A DNA stretch of 56,139 nucleotides. It comes from Solirubrobacterales bacterium (GTDB lineage Bacteria; Actinomycetota; Thermoleophilia; Solirubrobacterales; 70-9). The translations under genes and the position numbers were made by a program. Location: positions 1 to 56,139 of the forward strand of contig DASPGZ010000101.1 of NCBI GenBank assembly GCA_035620355.1, given 5' to 3'. A model generated the notes under the pieces. The model had not been told where the DNA came from, did not search any database, and saw nothing but the letters and a program-made list of their open reading frames with translations. Each line of letters begins with the position of its first letter. The stretch's first letter is position 1. Positions 20,080 to 33,562 of the stretch are shown piece by piece.

Positions 20080-20561
20080 CAGCCGCCCCCGGGAAGGTCG
20101 AGCTCGAAGCGGAACTCGGTGTCGCCGATCTTGACCTGGTCGAGGTCCGAGAGCTCGGCCTCGCCCTGCAGCCGGCCCCCGTTGAGGAAGGTGCCGTTGG
20201 TCGAGTTCAGGTCCTCGACGTAGTACGCGGCCCCGCGCGAGTAGAGGCGGCAGTGGATCGAGGAGGCGAAGCGGTCGTCGATGCGGACGTCGGCCTCGCC
20301 GGAGCGCCCGATCGAGAGCCCGCCGAAGAGGTCGTAGCGCTCGTTCGGGGTCAGCCCGCCGCCGGTGACGGCGACCAGCGACGCGTCGGTGGCCGCCGAG
20401 CGGCCGCCGGGGCCGATCGGGTGAAAGCCGGTCGCCTCCGGCGCCGGGGCGCTGGTCCGGCGCAGCTCGCGCAGGGCGCTGCGCGAGACCCAGAACAGGA
20501 ACAGGTAGAGGACGGCGAGGAAGCCGAACTTCAGGGCTACCGCGATCGGTTCGGTATCCAC
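20079..20561 (-). CDS. fhaB: Small membrane-anchored FHA-domain protein (FhaB/FipA-like)
   Basis: GTG 20561 in frame with track ORF 20079..20765; overlaps the fhaA TAG (TAGTG). TM helix ALKFGFLAVLYLFLFWV, then an FHA core (IGRSGEADVRIDD...SSIHCRL...DLNSTNGTFLNG). Confidence 0.75.
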   Translation of the reverse strand: MDTEPIAVALKFGFLAVLYLFLFWVSRSALRELRRTSAPAPEATGFHPIGPGGRSAATDASLVAVTGGGLTPNERYDLFGGLSIGRSGEADVRIDDRFASSIHCRLYSRGAAYYVEDLNSTNGTFLNGGRLQGEAELSDLDQVKIGDTEFRFELDLPGGG

Positions 20562-21349
20562 TACTGCTCGATGTCGAAGATGAAGCGGACGGTGCCGAGC
20601 ACGACCTCGTCGCCGGGCCCGAGGCGCGAGGCGTCGACCTGGCGCCCGTTGACCTTGACCCCGTTGGTCGACCCGAGGTCGACGATCTGCCAGTCGCCGG
20701 TCGAGCCGCGACGCAGCTCCGCGTGCTTCCGGGAGACGTTCGGATCGTTGAGCACGCAGTCGCACTCGCGCGAGCGGCCCAGGGTCGCGGTCGGCCCGTC
20801 GAGGACGTAGCGGCGGTCGTCGAGCGAGACGATCGCCTTGGTCTCGGTCAGATGCGCCGCCGGGCGGCGCTTGCGCGACTTGGTGTCCTTGGGCGGCACC
20901 GAGTAGACCATCGTGTGGCCTTGCTCCCCCTGCTCCGGGGCCTCGCCCTGGCGCGCGGGCGGCTTCACCAGCCTGGTCTGGATCCCGAACTCGCCGAGGC
21001 GCAGGCGCTCGTCCGCCTCCAGGTGGACCTCGGGGCGGGTCAGCAGCGCGTAATCGTGACGGCGGGCGTGCTCGAGCAGGTAGGACGAGAGCTCCTGCTC
21101 GAGCGAACGCTCATAGCCCTCGAGCCGCTTCTTGTCCTCGCTCGAGAGCCAGACGGTGTACTGGTTGGGCACGTAAACGCGAGAGACAGAGGCGGTCCGG
21201 TGCGCGTCCATCTCCTTGGCCAGCTTGCGGGCGATCTCGACCGGCTGGACCTGAGATGAGAAGGCACGGCTGAAAACCCCTTCGACGAGGTTCTCGATCC
21301 GTTGCTCAAGGTTGCGTAGGACGCTGATGGTTCCGTCTCTCTCGGGCAC
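20561..21349 (-). CDS. fhaA: FhaA-like protein (DUF3662-type N-domain + C-terminal FHA domain)
   Basis: Track ORF (GTG). LRNLEQRIENLVEGVFSRAFSSQVQPVEIARKLAKEMD N-domain. C-terminal FHA (LGRSRECDCVLNDPNVSRKHAEL...DLGSTNGVKVNG). Confidence 0.8.
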   Translation of the reverse strand: MPERDGTISVLRNLEQRIENLVEGVFSRAFSSQVQPVEIARKLAKEMDAHRTASVSRVYVPNQYTVWLSSEDKKRLEGYERSLEQELSSYLLEHARRHDYALLTRPEVHLEADERLRLGEFGIQTRLVKPPARQGEAPEQGEQGHTMVYSVPPKDTKSRKRRPAAHLTETKAIVSLDDRRYVLDGPTATLGRSRECDCVLNDPNVSRKHAELRRGSTGDWQIVDLGSTNGVKVNGRQVDASRLGPGDEVVLGTVRFIFDIEQ

Positions 21350-21368
21350 GCGGAACTGCGCGCGAATA

Positions 21369-21387
21369 CCCGTGGTTGGGCCACGGG
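21369..21387 (-). terminator. 7-bp hairpin (CCCGTGG-N5-CCACGGG) between kinase and fhaA; possible weak terminator/attenuator
   Basis: Perfect inverted repeat in the 81-nt spacer 21350..21430. On the minus strand it is followed by TATTCG, with no real U-tract. Confidence 0.25.
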
Positions 21388-21430
21388 AATCGTAGGGAGT
21401 CGAGGGGCGAAAGCCGCCGACGGTCGCCGC

Positions 21431-22834
21431 TCAGGCAAGCCTTCCGGACAGCTGTCCCCGGCGGCCGGTCGCGCGGGCGTCGCGGGGCGGTGCGGAGCGC
21501 CCCGGGCCGAACTCGATCGCGACCGCGGTGAGCGCCGCGACCACGACGCCGACCGGATCGGCCCCAAGGACGCCGTCGCCGACCACCGAGAGGGCGGCGT
21601 CGACCCCGGCGGCCCAGACCATCGCCCCGAGCAACGCGAACGCCAGATGCCGGGCCCGCAGGATCCAGCCGAGGACGACCGCGGCGAGCGCGAACACTCC
21701 GGCGCCGGCGAGCGACTCCGGGCGCAGCAGCGCAAGTGCGAGGTCGTCGGGTGGCGCCGCGCCGACCAGATCGAGGCCGGGGCCGGGGCCGAGCACGGCG
21801 GAGCCGGCGACCATCCACGCCCAGGCGAGGGCCCCGAGCGCCGCCCGGGTCAGCGTCGCGCCGCCCGCGGCGCCGAGCGCGGCCGAGGCCGAGCCGATCC
21901 CGAGCGCGGCCAGCAGGGGGCTGAGCGAGACGGCGGCGATCGCGAGCGCCATCCTGCGCACCGATCCCGGCGCCGGTTGACCGTCGTGGGCGGATTCGTC
22001 GCCGGAGAAGGGGACCGGGTGGACGGTATCGAGCCCGGGCAGCTCCGCGGCCAGGCACTCGCGCAGCTCCAGCGGCTCCGGGCGCAGCTCGGCCTCGGGC
22101 TCGAGGCAGGCGTCGATCGTGTCCGTGAGCCCCTCCGGCAGGTCCGGCCGCAGGCTCCGCAAGGGCTCGATCCCGGTGCCGATCCGGCGGGCAGTCTGCG
22201 CCGGGGTGTCGCCGGCGACCGGGTTCTCGCCGGCCCAGCACTCGTAGGCGGTCAGGGCGAGCGAGTAGACGTCGGTGGGCGGGCCGGCGAGCTCCCCATC
22301 GGCCTGCTCGGGCGACATGTAGGCGAGCGTTCCGACCACCTCCCCGGCGGCGGTCAGCGTCGGCGCCCCCGAGACCCGGGCGATCCCGAAGTCCATCAGC
22401 TTCGCCCGTCGTCCCGCGCGGCGGTCGTCGCAGACGATCACGTTCTGGGGCTTGATGTCACGGTGGACGACCCCGCGGGCGTGGGCGTGGGCGAGCGCCT
22501 CGCAGAGGTCGAGGGTGACCTCGGCGACGTCGCGGTCGTAGAGCATCCCGGCGGCGCGGAGCTCGTCGAGCGTCTCGCCGGGGACCAGCTCGGAGACCAG
22601 GATCGCGCGGCCGGCGTGCTCACCGAGCTCGTAGAGGGTGACGATCGCCGGGTGGTTGAGGCGGGCGGCGGCCTGTGCCTCGCGCAGGACGCGGTCGGAG
22701 TCGGAGGAGGCGAGCTGCTTCAACGCAACCTCGCGTTCGAGCCGCTCGTCGTAGGCCCGGTAGACGGTTCCCATGCCCCCGGAGCCGATCTGCTCGAGCA
22801 CCCGGAAGCGCTCCATCACCAGCTCTTGCACCAC
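21431..22834 (-). CDS. Ser/Thr protein kinase with multi-TM C-terminal region
   Basis: Track ORF (GTG 22834; ATG 22816 is an alternative). GSGGMGTVYRA, HRDIKPQNVIV, DFGIARV, SPEQA. The C-terminal ~170 aa are Ala/Leu/Gly-rich hydrophobic segments. Confidence 0.85.
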   Translation of the reverse strand: MVQELVMERFRVLEQIGSGGMGTVYRAYDERLEREVALKQLASSDSDRVLREAQAAARLNHPAIVTLYELGEHAGRAILVSELVPGETLDELRAAGMLYDRDVAEVTLDLCEALAHAHARGVVHRDIKPQNVIVCDDRRAGRRAKLMDFGIARVSGAPTLTAAGEVVGTLAYMSPEQADGELAGPPTDVYSLALTAYECWAGENPVAGDTPAQTARRIGTGIEPLRSLRPDLPEGLTDTIDACLEPEAELRPEPLELRECLAAELPGLDTVHPVPFSGDESAHDGQPAPGSVRRMALAIAAVSLSPLLAALGIGSASAALGAAGGATLTRAALGALAWAWMVAGSAVLGPGPGLDLVGAAPPDDLALALLRPESLAGAGVFALAAVVLGWILRARHLAFALLGAMVWAAGVDAALSVVGDGVLGADPVGVVVAALTAVAIEFGPGRSAPPRDARATGRRGQLSGRLA

Positions 22835-22941
22835 GACCCAGATCCTTCGCCGGATCGGGGTCGTCTCCTGCCGCCCGCGCGGCCCGGGATCCCTCCGCGG
22901 CAGGGTTCATACTCTGACCGCCGAAAGGCGTCTGCTCCACC

Positions 22942-24012
22942 GTGGCTTTCCTCGACGAGGACGAACTAGAACCCGGATCCGGCGGAGGCTCCCGGCGCTC
23001 GGGAGCCGAGCGCCAGCGTCAGCTGATGCTGCGGCGCGTGATCGCGCTGGTCGTCGGCGTGCTCCTGATCATCCTCCTGCTGCTCGCGGTCCGGGGCTGC
23101 CTCAACGCCCGCAAGGAGCGCGGCTTCGAGAACTACTCCTCGGACCTGGCGACGATCGTCGAGCAGTCGAACCAGCTCTCGACCGAGTTCTTCGACCGGC
23201 TCGAGAACCCCGAGGCGAACGCCGACCCGCTCGAGCTCGAGGCCCAGATCGCCTCCGACCGCGGCACCGCCGAGGGCCTGCTGCAGCGGGTCCAGGGCCT
23301 CGACACGCCCGACGAGCTCGCCGACGCCCAGGCCGAGCTCGAGCAATCGTTCGAGCTCCGCCGCGACGGTCTCGCCGGGATCGCCGACGACATCCCGACG
23401 GCGCTCGGCAGCGAGGGACGCGGGGAGGCGGTCGACCGGATCGCCGAGGACATGCGGACGTTCCTGGCCAGCGACGTGCTCTTCGCCCGGGCCCGCGGCG
23501 GGATCAACACCGTGCTCACCGAGGAGGGCGCCGGCGACACGCTGATCGACGAGAGCGTCTTCCTGCGCCAGCCGGACGAGCCCTGGCTCGACCAGCTGCA
23601 GCTGGCGGCGATCCTGAGCACCTTCGCGGGCGACGCGGGGGCGACCGAGGGGATCCACGGTCTCGCCCTGCTCAGCACCAGGATCGGCAAGACCGAGCTC
23701 ACCGCGGGGGCGGAGAACACCGTCTCGCTCGGCTCCGGGACCCCGGAGATCACGGTCGAGGTCGAGAACCAGGGCGACCAGGAGGAGAGCGAGGTCTCGG
23801 TCCAGTACACGCTCAGCGGCGGCGTCACCCTGCTCCAGGGCGAGGGCACGGTCCCCCGCCTCGACGCGGGCGGCTTCGAGGAGGTGACCATGGGGCTCGA
23901 CGACGTCCCCGACCCCGGGACGCCGCTGACGCTCGAGGTCGAGGTGCTGCCGGTCCCCGGCGAGGAATCGGCCGACAACAACCAGGCCACGTACACCGTC
24001 ACCTTCGAGTGA
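22942..24012 (+). CDS. Membrane-anchored hypothetical protein with C-terminal CARDB-like domain
   Basis: Track ORF (GTG). TM VIALVVGVLLIILLLLAV, a helical acidic middle region, and a C-terminal ITVEVENQGDQEESEVSVQYTL...EVLPVPGEESADNNQATYTVTF (CARDB pattern). Confidence 0.55.
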   Translation: MAFLDEDELEPGSGGGSRRSGAERQRQLMLRRVIALVVGVLLIILLLLAVRGCLNARKERGFENYSSDLATIVEQSNQLSTEFFDRLENPEANADPLELEAQIASDRGTAEGLLQRVQGLDTPDELADAQAELEQSFELRRDGLAGIADDIPTALGSEGRGEAVDRIAEDMRTFLASDVLFARARGGINTVLTEEGAGDTLIDESVFLRQPDEPWLDQLQLAAILSTFAGDAGATEGIHGLALLSTRIGKTELTAGAENTVSLGSGTPEITVEVENQGDQEESEVSVQYTLSGGVTLLQGEGTVPRLDAGGFEEVTMGLDDVPDPGTPLTLEVEVLPVPGEESADNNQATYTVTFE

Positions 24013-24031
24013 CCCGGTAGCTTCGCCGGCC

Positions 24032-24892
24032 ATGCGAGTCGCCTACCTCGGCCCCGCCGGGACCTTCAGCGAGGACGCGCTCAACGCCGCCGCGGGCGGG
24101 GCCGAGCACGAGCCGGCGCCGATGACGACGATCCACGACGCGGTGCTGGCGGTCGAGCGCGGCGAGGCCGACCGCGCCTTCGTCCCGTTCGAGAACTCGA
24201 CCGAGGGCTCGGTTCGCCAGACCCTCGACGCACTCGCCTTCGACGCTCCGGGGGTGACGATCGTCGGCGAGCACGACCAGCCGATCTCGAACAGCCTGAT
24301 CGCCCGGACATCCCTGCAGTTGAGCGAGATCGAGGTGGTCGTCTCGCACCCGCAGGCGAGCGCTCAGTGCGCGCGCTTCCTCCGCGACCGGCTCCCCGGA
24401 GCGGAGGTCCGGGGAGCGTCGAGCACCGCCGACGCGGTGCGCGAGGTCTCGAGCGCCGGGCGGCCCTGGGCGGCCCTGGGGGCGGCCGGGGCGGCGGAGA
24501 TCTACGACTGCGTCGTGCTGCGCTCCGGGGTCGAGGACGAGCCCGGCAACGTGACCCGGTTCGTCTGGCTCGCCCCCGCGGGGACCGAGTCCAAGGGCGA
24601 GGGCGGGTGGCGCACCACCCTGAGCTTCGCCGAGCTCGGCGCCGACCACCCCGGGGCGCTGGTCGAGGCGCTGACGGAGTTCTCGAGCCGGGCGGTGAAC
24701 CTGGTCCGGATCGAGTCGCGGCCGCTGCGCGAGGCGGGGCTCGGCCGCTACATGTTCTTCTGCGACCTCGAGGGCCGCGCCGCGGAGCCACCGGTGGCCG
24801 AGGCGATCGAGGCCCTGCGCGCAAAGGCCGAGAGCGTTCGGGTGCTCGGCAGCTACCCCCTGCGCACCGCCGGCATCCCCGGGATCGGGTGA
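24032..24892 (+). CDS. pheA: Prephenate dehydratase (PDT + ACT domains)
   Basis: Track ORF. VAYLGPAGTFSE, VPFENSTEGSV, and the ACT region with NLVRIESRP plus YMFFCDLEG. Confidence 0.85.
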   Translation: MRVAYLGPAGTFSEDALNAAAGGAEHEPAPMTTIHDAVLAVERGEADRAFVPFENSTEGSVRQTLDALAFDAPGVTIVGEHDQPISNSLIARTSLQLSEIEVVVSHPQASAQCARFLRDRLPGAEVRGASSTADAVREVSSAGRPWAALGAAGAAEIYDCVVLRSGVEDEPGNVTRFVWLAPAGTESKGEGGWRTTLSFAELGADHPGALVEALTEFSSRAVNLVRIESRPLREAGLGRYMFFCDLEGRAAEPPVAEAIEALRAKAESVRVLGSYPLRTAGIPGIG

Positions 24893-24928
24893 GCCGGACC
24901 GGTCACCGCTTTACAATGCGCGATCACG

Positions 24929-25507
24929 ATGGAGGCCCTCGCTGAGCCCGAGGTAGTCGGGCCCGACGCTCGCCGGCGGGTGGCGAGCGGCCGGGTCCTG
25001 GTACTCAACGCCAGCTACGAGCCGATCAACGTCTGCACGGTCCGGCGGGCAGCGGTCCTGGTGCTCAAATCGCGTGCCGAGATGCTCGAGCGCGGCGAGG
25101 GGGCGCTGCACTCGGAGCGGCTCGAGCTCGACCGCCCCTGCGTGATCCGCCTGGTCCGCTACGTGCGCATCCCGCGCGACGTGCACCGGCGCAAGATCAC
25201 CCGCAAGGCGGTCCTGGCGCGGGACTCCTACACCTGCCAGTACTGCGGCCACGAGGCGACCGGCCTGACCGTCGACCACGTGATTCCGCGCAGCCGCGGT
25301 GGTCAATCGGTGTGGGAGAACATCGTCGCCGCCTGCGCACCCTGCAACCGCAAGAAGGGCAACCGGATGCCGCGCGAGGCGGCGATGCACCCGACCCGGC
25401 GGCCGCGGCCGCCGGCGCCGACCGTGTTCATCCGGATCGCGAGCCCGCGGGTGCCGGTCGCCTGGGAGCCCTACCTGCACCGCAAGGTCCGAGCCGCGGC
25501 CGCCTGA
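24929..25507 (+). CDS. HNH endonuclease (McrA/COG1403-like, stand-alone)
   Basis: Track ORF. N-domain VLNASYEPINVCTVRRAAVLVL. HNH core YTCQYCGHEATGLTVDHVIPRSRGGQSVWENIVAACAPCNRKKGN. Confidence 0.8.
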   Translation: MEALAEPEVVGPDARRRVASGRVLVLNASYEPINVCTVRRAAVLVLKSRAEMLERGEGALHSERLELDRPCVIRLVRYVRIPRDVHRRKITRKAVLARDSYTCQYCGHEATGLTVDHVIPRSRGGQSVWENIVAACAPCNRKKGNRMPREAAMHPTRRPRPPAPTVFIRIASPRVPVAWEPYLHRKVRAAAA

Positions 25508-25512
25508 ATAGC

Positions 25513-25546
25513 GAAGGGCCGCCCCGATCGCTCAGGGCGGCCCTTC
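25513..25546. terminator. 12-bp perfect GC-rich hairpin (GAAGGGCCGCCC-N10-GGGCGGCCCTTC), likely intrinsic terminator of the HNH gene, possibly bidirectional
   Basis: Read directly; starts 6 nt after the HNH stop. No canonical U-tract (plus strand: CAAGGTGCGATTTC), as is common for high-GC terminators. Confidence 0.6.
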
Positions 25547-25753
25547 CAAGGTGCGATTTCAAACGGGCGACGAATTTCGCGTTGACCGGGTGGGACATCC
25601 CGGTCTCCGGCGCCCGCCGGTGCCTGGGGTTGGATTCCGCCAGGCGGCTCGCACGCTGCCCGCTCGACTCGACGGTCACCCGTCGGCCGGACGGAGCGGC
25701 CGACTAGCGGCCCCGCACCTCCAGCGTCCCGAAAGAACTGTCACTCAATTTCG

Positions 25754-25800
25754 GACCACCTCCTTTCTCTGGTAATCCGATTGAAGCAGACGAGGTGGTC
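25754..25800. repeat. Perfect 9-bp inverted repeat GACCACCTC-N29-GAGGTGGTC (anti-SD-like arm / SD-like arm)
   Basis: Arms at 25754..25762 and 25792..25800, read directly. The left arm lies inside GGACCACCTCCTTTCT (25753..25768). Confidence 0.9.
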
Positions 25801-25877
25801 GTGGTTCAACGCCCCGAGCCCTGAAATCGAAGCGGACGATGATTCGCCGGCTCGTGACCGGTCTCACGTAACGGACG

Positions 25878-26966
25878 ATGAAGATCGGCGACCCTGCAGA
25901 CATGAACCGCGAGAACGAGCTTCCCGGTGGCCCCAGCCGCCGGCGACTGGTGGAGATCGCGCTGTTCGCGGTTCTGATCGCCGGCGCGGTCGCCGCGATG
26001 CCGGGGCTGGGAGACCTGCGCGAGCGGCTCTCCGGCGCGGACCCGGTGTTGATCGCGGTCCTCGCCGCGGTCGAGCTCGGCTCGTGCCTGGCCTTCGTGC
26101 TCGCCTTCCGCGGCGTCTTCTCGCGGAGGCTCTCGTGGCGGTTCAGCTACGAGGTGGCGATGTCGGAGCAGGCGGCCAACGTGCTGTTGCCGACCGGCGG
26201 CGCCGGGGGGCTCGCGCTCGGAGCCTGGGCGCTGCAGCGGATCGGGATGCCGGCGGAGCGGATCGGCCGGCGGACGGTCGCCTTCTTCCTCATCACCAGC
26301 TCGATCAACTTCGTCGCCGTGGTGGTCGCCGGCTTCGGCCTGGCGACCGGCGTGCTGCCCGGCCAGGTCGCCCTGGCGACGGCGCTGATCCCGGCCGCCG
26401 GCGCGACGCTTCTGATCGGCGGACTGGTGCTTGCTCCGCGGCTGCTCGATCACGATGGGTCGGCCCGCGGCGGTCGGCTGCGGCGCGCGGTGGTCGCCGG
26501 TCGCGGCCACCTCGCGGCCGGGATCCGCGACGCGGTCCGCCTACTCGGCTCCGGGCGGCCCTCGGTCGTCCTCGGGGCCGTCGGCTACATGGCGCTCGAC
26601 GTGGTCGCCCTCGCGATCGCCTTCGCCGCGCTCGGGGGAGGGGCACCCGAGGCCGGCGCCTTCCTGCTCGCCTACACGCTCGGCCAGCTCGGCGGCCTGG
26701 TCCCGCTCCCCGGCGGAATCGGCGGCACCGACGGCGGCCTGATCGTCGCCTTCGGCCTGATCGGGACCCCGATCGCGATCGCCGGGGCCGCGGTGATCGC
26801 CTACAGGGTGTTCCAGCTCGGCGTCCCGGCGATCCTCGGCCTGGCCGCGTTCGCCGGCCTGCGACGCACGCTCGCAGGTGAGGAGCGGGTCGGGCTCGCC
26901 ACCGATTGCGAGCCCGGGGAGCCGTGCCTCGGCGCCTCGGTGGCGCTGGAACCGAACCCGGCCTAG
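25878..26966 (+). CDS. LPG_synthase_TM / UPF0104 flippase-like integral membrane protein
   Basis: Track ORF; ATG 25878 is the first start after an in-frame TAA at 25869. Polytopic. YTLGQLGGLVPLPGGIGGTDGGLI matches the family's conserved P-x-PGG-G motif. Confidence 0.7.
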   Translation: MKIGDPADMNRENELPGGPSRRRLVEIALFAVLIAGAVAAMPGLGDLRERLSGADPVLIAVLAAVELGSCLAFVLAFRGVFSRRLSWRFSYEVAMSEQAANVLLPTGGAGGLALGAWALQRIGMPAERIGRRTVAFFLITSSINFVAVVVAGFGLATGVLPGQVALATALIPAAGATLLIGGLVLAPRLLDHDGSARGGRLRRAVVAGRGHLAAGIRDAVRLLGSGRPSVVLGAVGYMALDVVALAIAFAALGGGAPEAGAFLLAYTLGQLGGLVPLPGGIGGTDGGLIVAFGLIGTPIAIAGAAVIAYRVFQLGVPAILGLAAFAGLRRTLAGEERVGLATDCEPGEPCLGASVALEPNPA

Positions 26967-26973
26967 CGCGGGC

Positions 26974-31966
<4,993 letters not shown>

Positions 31967-32128
31967 CTATGCCCCTTCGGTAGAAGTCATGAGAAACCCC
32001 GACCACGTGGCCCGACCAGAGGCCGAGTACCCAGCGGATCGGGGCGGGGGTACAAGTTCACATAATGATACCAGGACGAGTCGCCGGAATAACCGCCGTA
32101 GAGTCACAAAAGTCCTGCAAATCGCGCA

Positions 32129-32446
32129 TTAAACGATCTCGCGCGATGAGCCGTCGCCGACCACGAAGCGAAGCGCCCCTACGCGGGGCTCTCCGAGCGC
32201 CGAATTGAGCCGCTCGAGCAGCTCTCCCTGGAGCAGGTCGAGCTCCTGGGCCCAGGTCGAGGCGCGGCACTCGATCGTCACCGTGCCGTCGCGCTCGCGG
32301 ACCGGGCGCGCCTCGGCGGCGATCCGCTCGCCGACCGCGCCGTCCCAGCGATCCTGGACCGCGGCGAGCAGGGTCTGCGGGGCGACGTCGGCGCGCAGCG
32401 CCCTGACCGAGTCCGAGATCGGGCGGGGGGTCGAGCGCCGGGTCAC
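32129..32446 (-). CDS. dciA: DUF721 / DciA-type protein (putative replicative-helicase operator)
   Basis: Track ORF in the conserved recF-[DUF721]-gyrB position. LAAVQDRWDGAVGERIAAEARPVRERDGTVTIECRASTWAQELDLL fits the DUF721 pattern. Overlaps the recF stop by 4 nt. Confidence 0.7.
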   Translation of the reverse strand: MTRRSTPRPISDSVRALRADVAPQTLLAAVQDRWDGAVGERIAAEARPVRERDGTVTIECRASTWAQELDLLQGELLERLNSALGEPRVGALRFVVGDGSSREIV

Positions 32447-33552
32447 GCGGCCAGCTCGCCGCCCGGGGCGTGGCCGAGCGGGTGGCCGTCGCGCAGCGCG
32501 ATCTCGTGACGGCTCTCGGTCGCCGGCAGGTGGTCCGGCTCGGTGGCGGTGATCACGGCCTGGCCGCCGCCGGCGAGCAGGTGCTCGACCAGCAGCGCGC
32601 GATGCTCGCCGTCGAGCTCCGAGGTGACGTCGTCGAGCAGCATCAGCGGCGGCGGGCGGCCGTCGTCGAGCAGCGCCCGGCGCTCGGCGAACAGCAGGGC
32701 CAGCAGGCCCGCCCGCTGCTGCCCCTGGGAGCCGTAGCGCCGCAGCGAGCGGCCGCCGAGCTCGATCGAGATCTCGTCGTGGTGGGGACCCCAGCCGCTG
32801 TAGCCGCGAGCGATATCGGTCTCGCGGCGTTCCCCGATCTCGGCCGCGAGTGCGGTGGCGTCGGCGGCCTCGCTGCGCGGCCGATAGCGCAGCGAGGCAT
32901 CCGGCGCGAGCCCGAGCGCGACGCTCGAGTCGGCGAACACCGGGGCGAGCCGGTCGACCGCCTCGGCGCGGACCGAGGCCAGCTCGATCCCCGCGGTCGC
33001 CAGCTCCAGGTCCCAGGCGTCGAGGGTCCCGGTCGAGGCGGCGCCGGCCCGGATCCTGCCGAGCAACGCGTTGCGCTGCGCCAGCGCCCGGCTGTAACGG
33101 CGCCGGCCCTCGTCGCGGCTCGGCCAGAGCGCGGCGCAGAAGCCGTCGAGGTGGGTGCGGCGCCCGGCGGGCGGGCCCTTGACCAGCGCCAGGCGGTCGG
33201 GCATGAACACCGCCAGCGGCGGGCGCATGGTCGCCGCCTCGGGGCCGGCGGCGGTCCCGTCGACCAGGTGGCGGCGGCCGTCCGCGCGGCTGATCGAGCT
33301 GAGGAAGCGGCGGGCGAGGCCGTCGCCGGTGACCGTCGCCTCGACCCGCGCGAGCGAGCCGCCGAAGACGATCGTCTCACGGTCGTCGCGGGTCCGGCAC
33401 GAGCGCCCGGCGAGCGCCGTGTAAGTGGCTTCGAGCAGGTTCGTCTTCCCGGCGCCGTTCGCCCCCCAGAGCAGGTTCAGCCCCGGTCCGAGCTCGACCT
33501 CGCAGTCGACCAGGTTGCGAAACCCGCGGACGCCTACGGACTCGACGACCAC
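32443..33552 (-). CDS. recF: DNA replication and repair protein RecF
   Basis: Track ORF (GTG). FRNL..., Walker A GANGAGKTNLLEA, signature GSQGQQR, Walker B LMLLDDVTSELD. Confidence 0.9.
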   Translation of the reverse strand: MVVESVGVRGFRNLVDCEVELGPGLNLLWGANGAGKTNLLEATYTALAGRSCRTRDDRETIVFGGSLARVEATVTGDGLARRFLSSISRADGRRHLVDGTAAGPEAATMRPPLAVFMPDRLALVKGPPAGRRTHLDGFCAALWPSRDEGRRRYSRALAQRNALLGRIRAGAASTGTLDAWDLELATAGIELASVRAEAVDRLAPVFADSSVALGLAPDASLRYRPRSEAADATALAAEIGERRETDIARGYSGWGPHHDEISIELGGRSLRRYGSQGQQRAGLLALLFAERRALLDDGRPPPLMLLDDVTSELDGEHRALLVEHLLAGGGQAVITATEPDHLPATESRHEIALRDGHPLGHAPGGELAA

Positions 33553-33562
33553 GCGCGCACGC

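Noticed and set aside
25753-25768. Possible 16S rRNA gene fragment (GGACCACCTCCTTTCT)
   Set aside because: Only these 16 nt resemble the 16S 3' end. The upstream sequence does not resemble helix 45 or the GGAAGGTGCGGCTGGATCA context, and no rRNA or ITS features follow.
25428-25775. ORFs 25428..25679 (-, 83 aa) and 25551..25775 (+, 74 aa) inside the non-coding gap
   Set aside because: Both have R/P/G/S-rich composition, no SD at their starts and no motifs. The minus ORF runs antisense into the HNH gene. It is in frame with the 14-codon micro-ORF across a TAG, but I have no evidence for read-through.
24929-25877. HNH gene plus adjacent RNA as an IscB/HEARO (OMEGA)-type element or a homing endonuclease
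   Set aside because: The protein is only 192 aa with no RuvC segments. There are no terminal inverted repeats, no transposase and no intron/intein context. I kept only a low-interest co-occurrence question.
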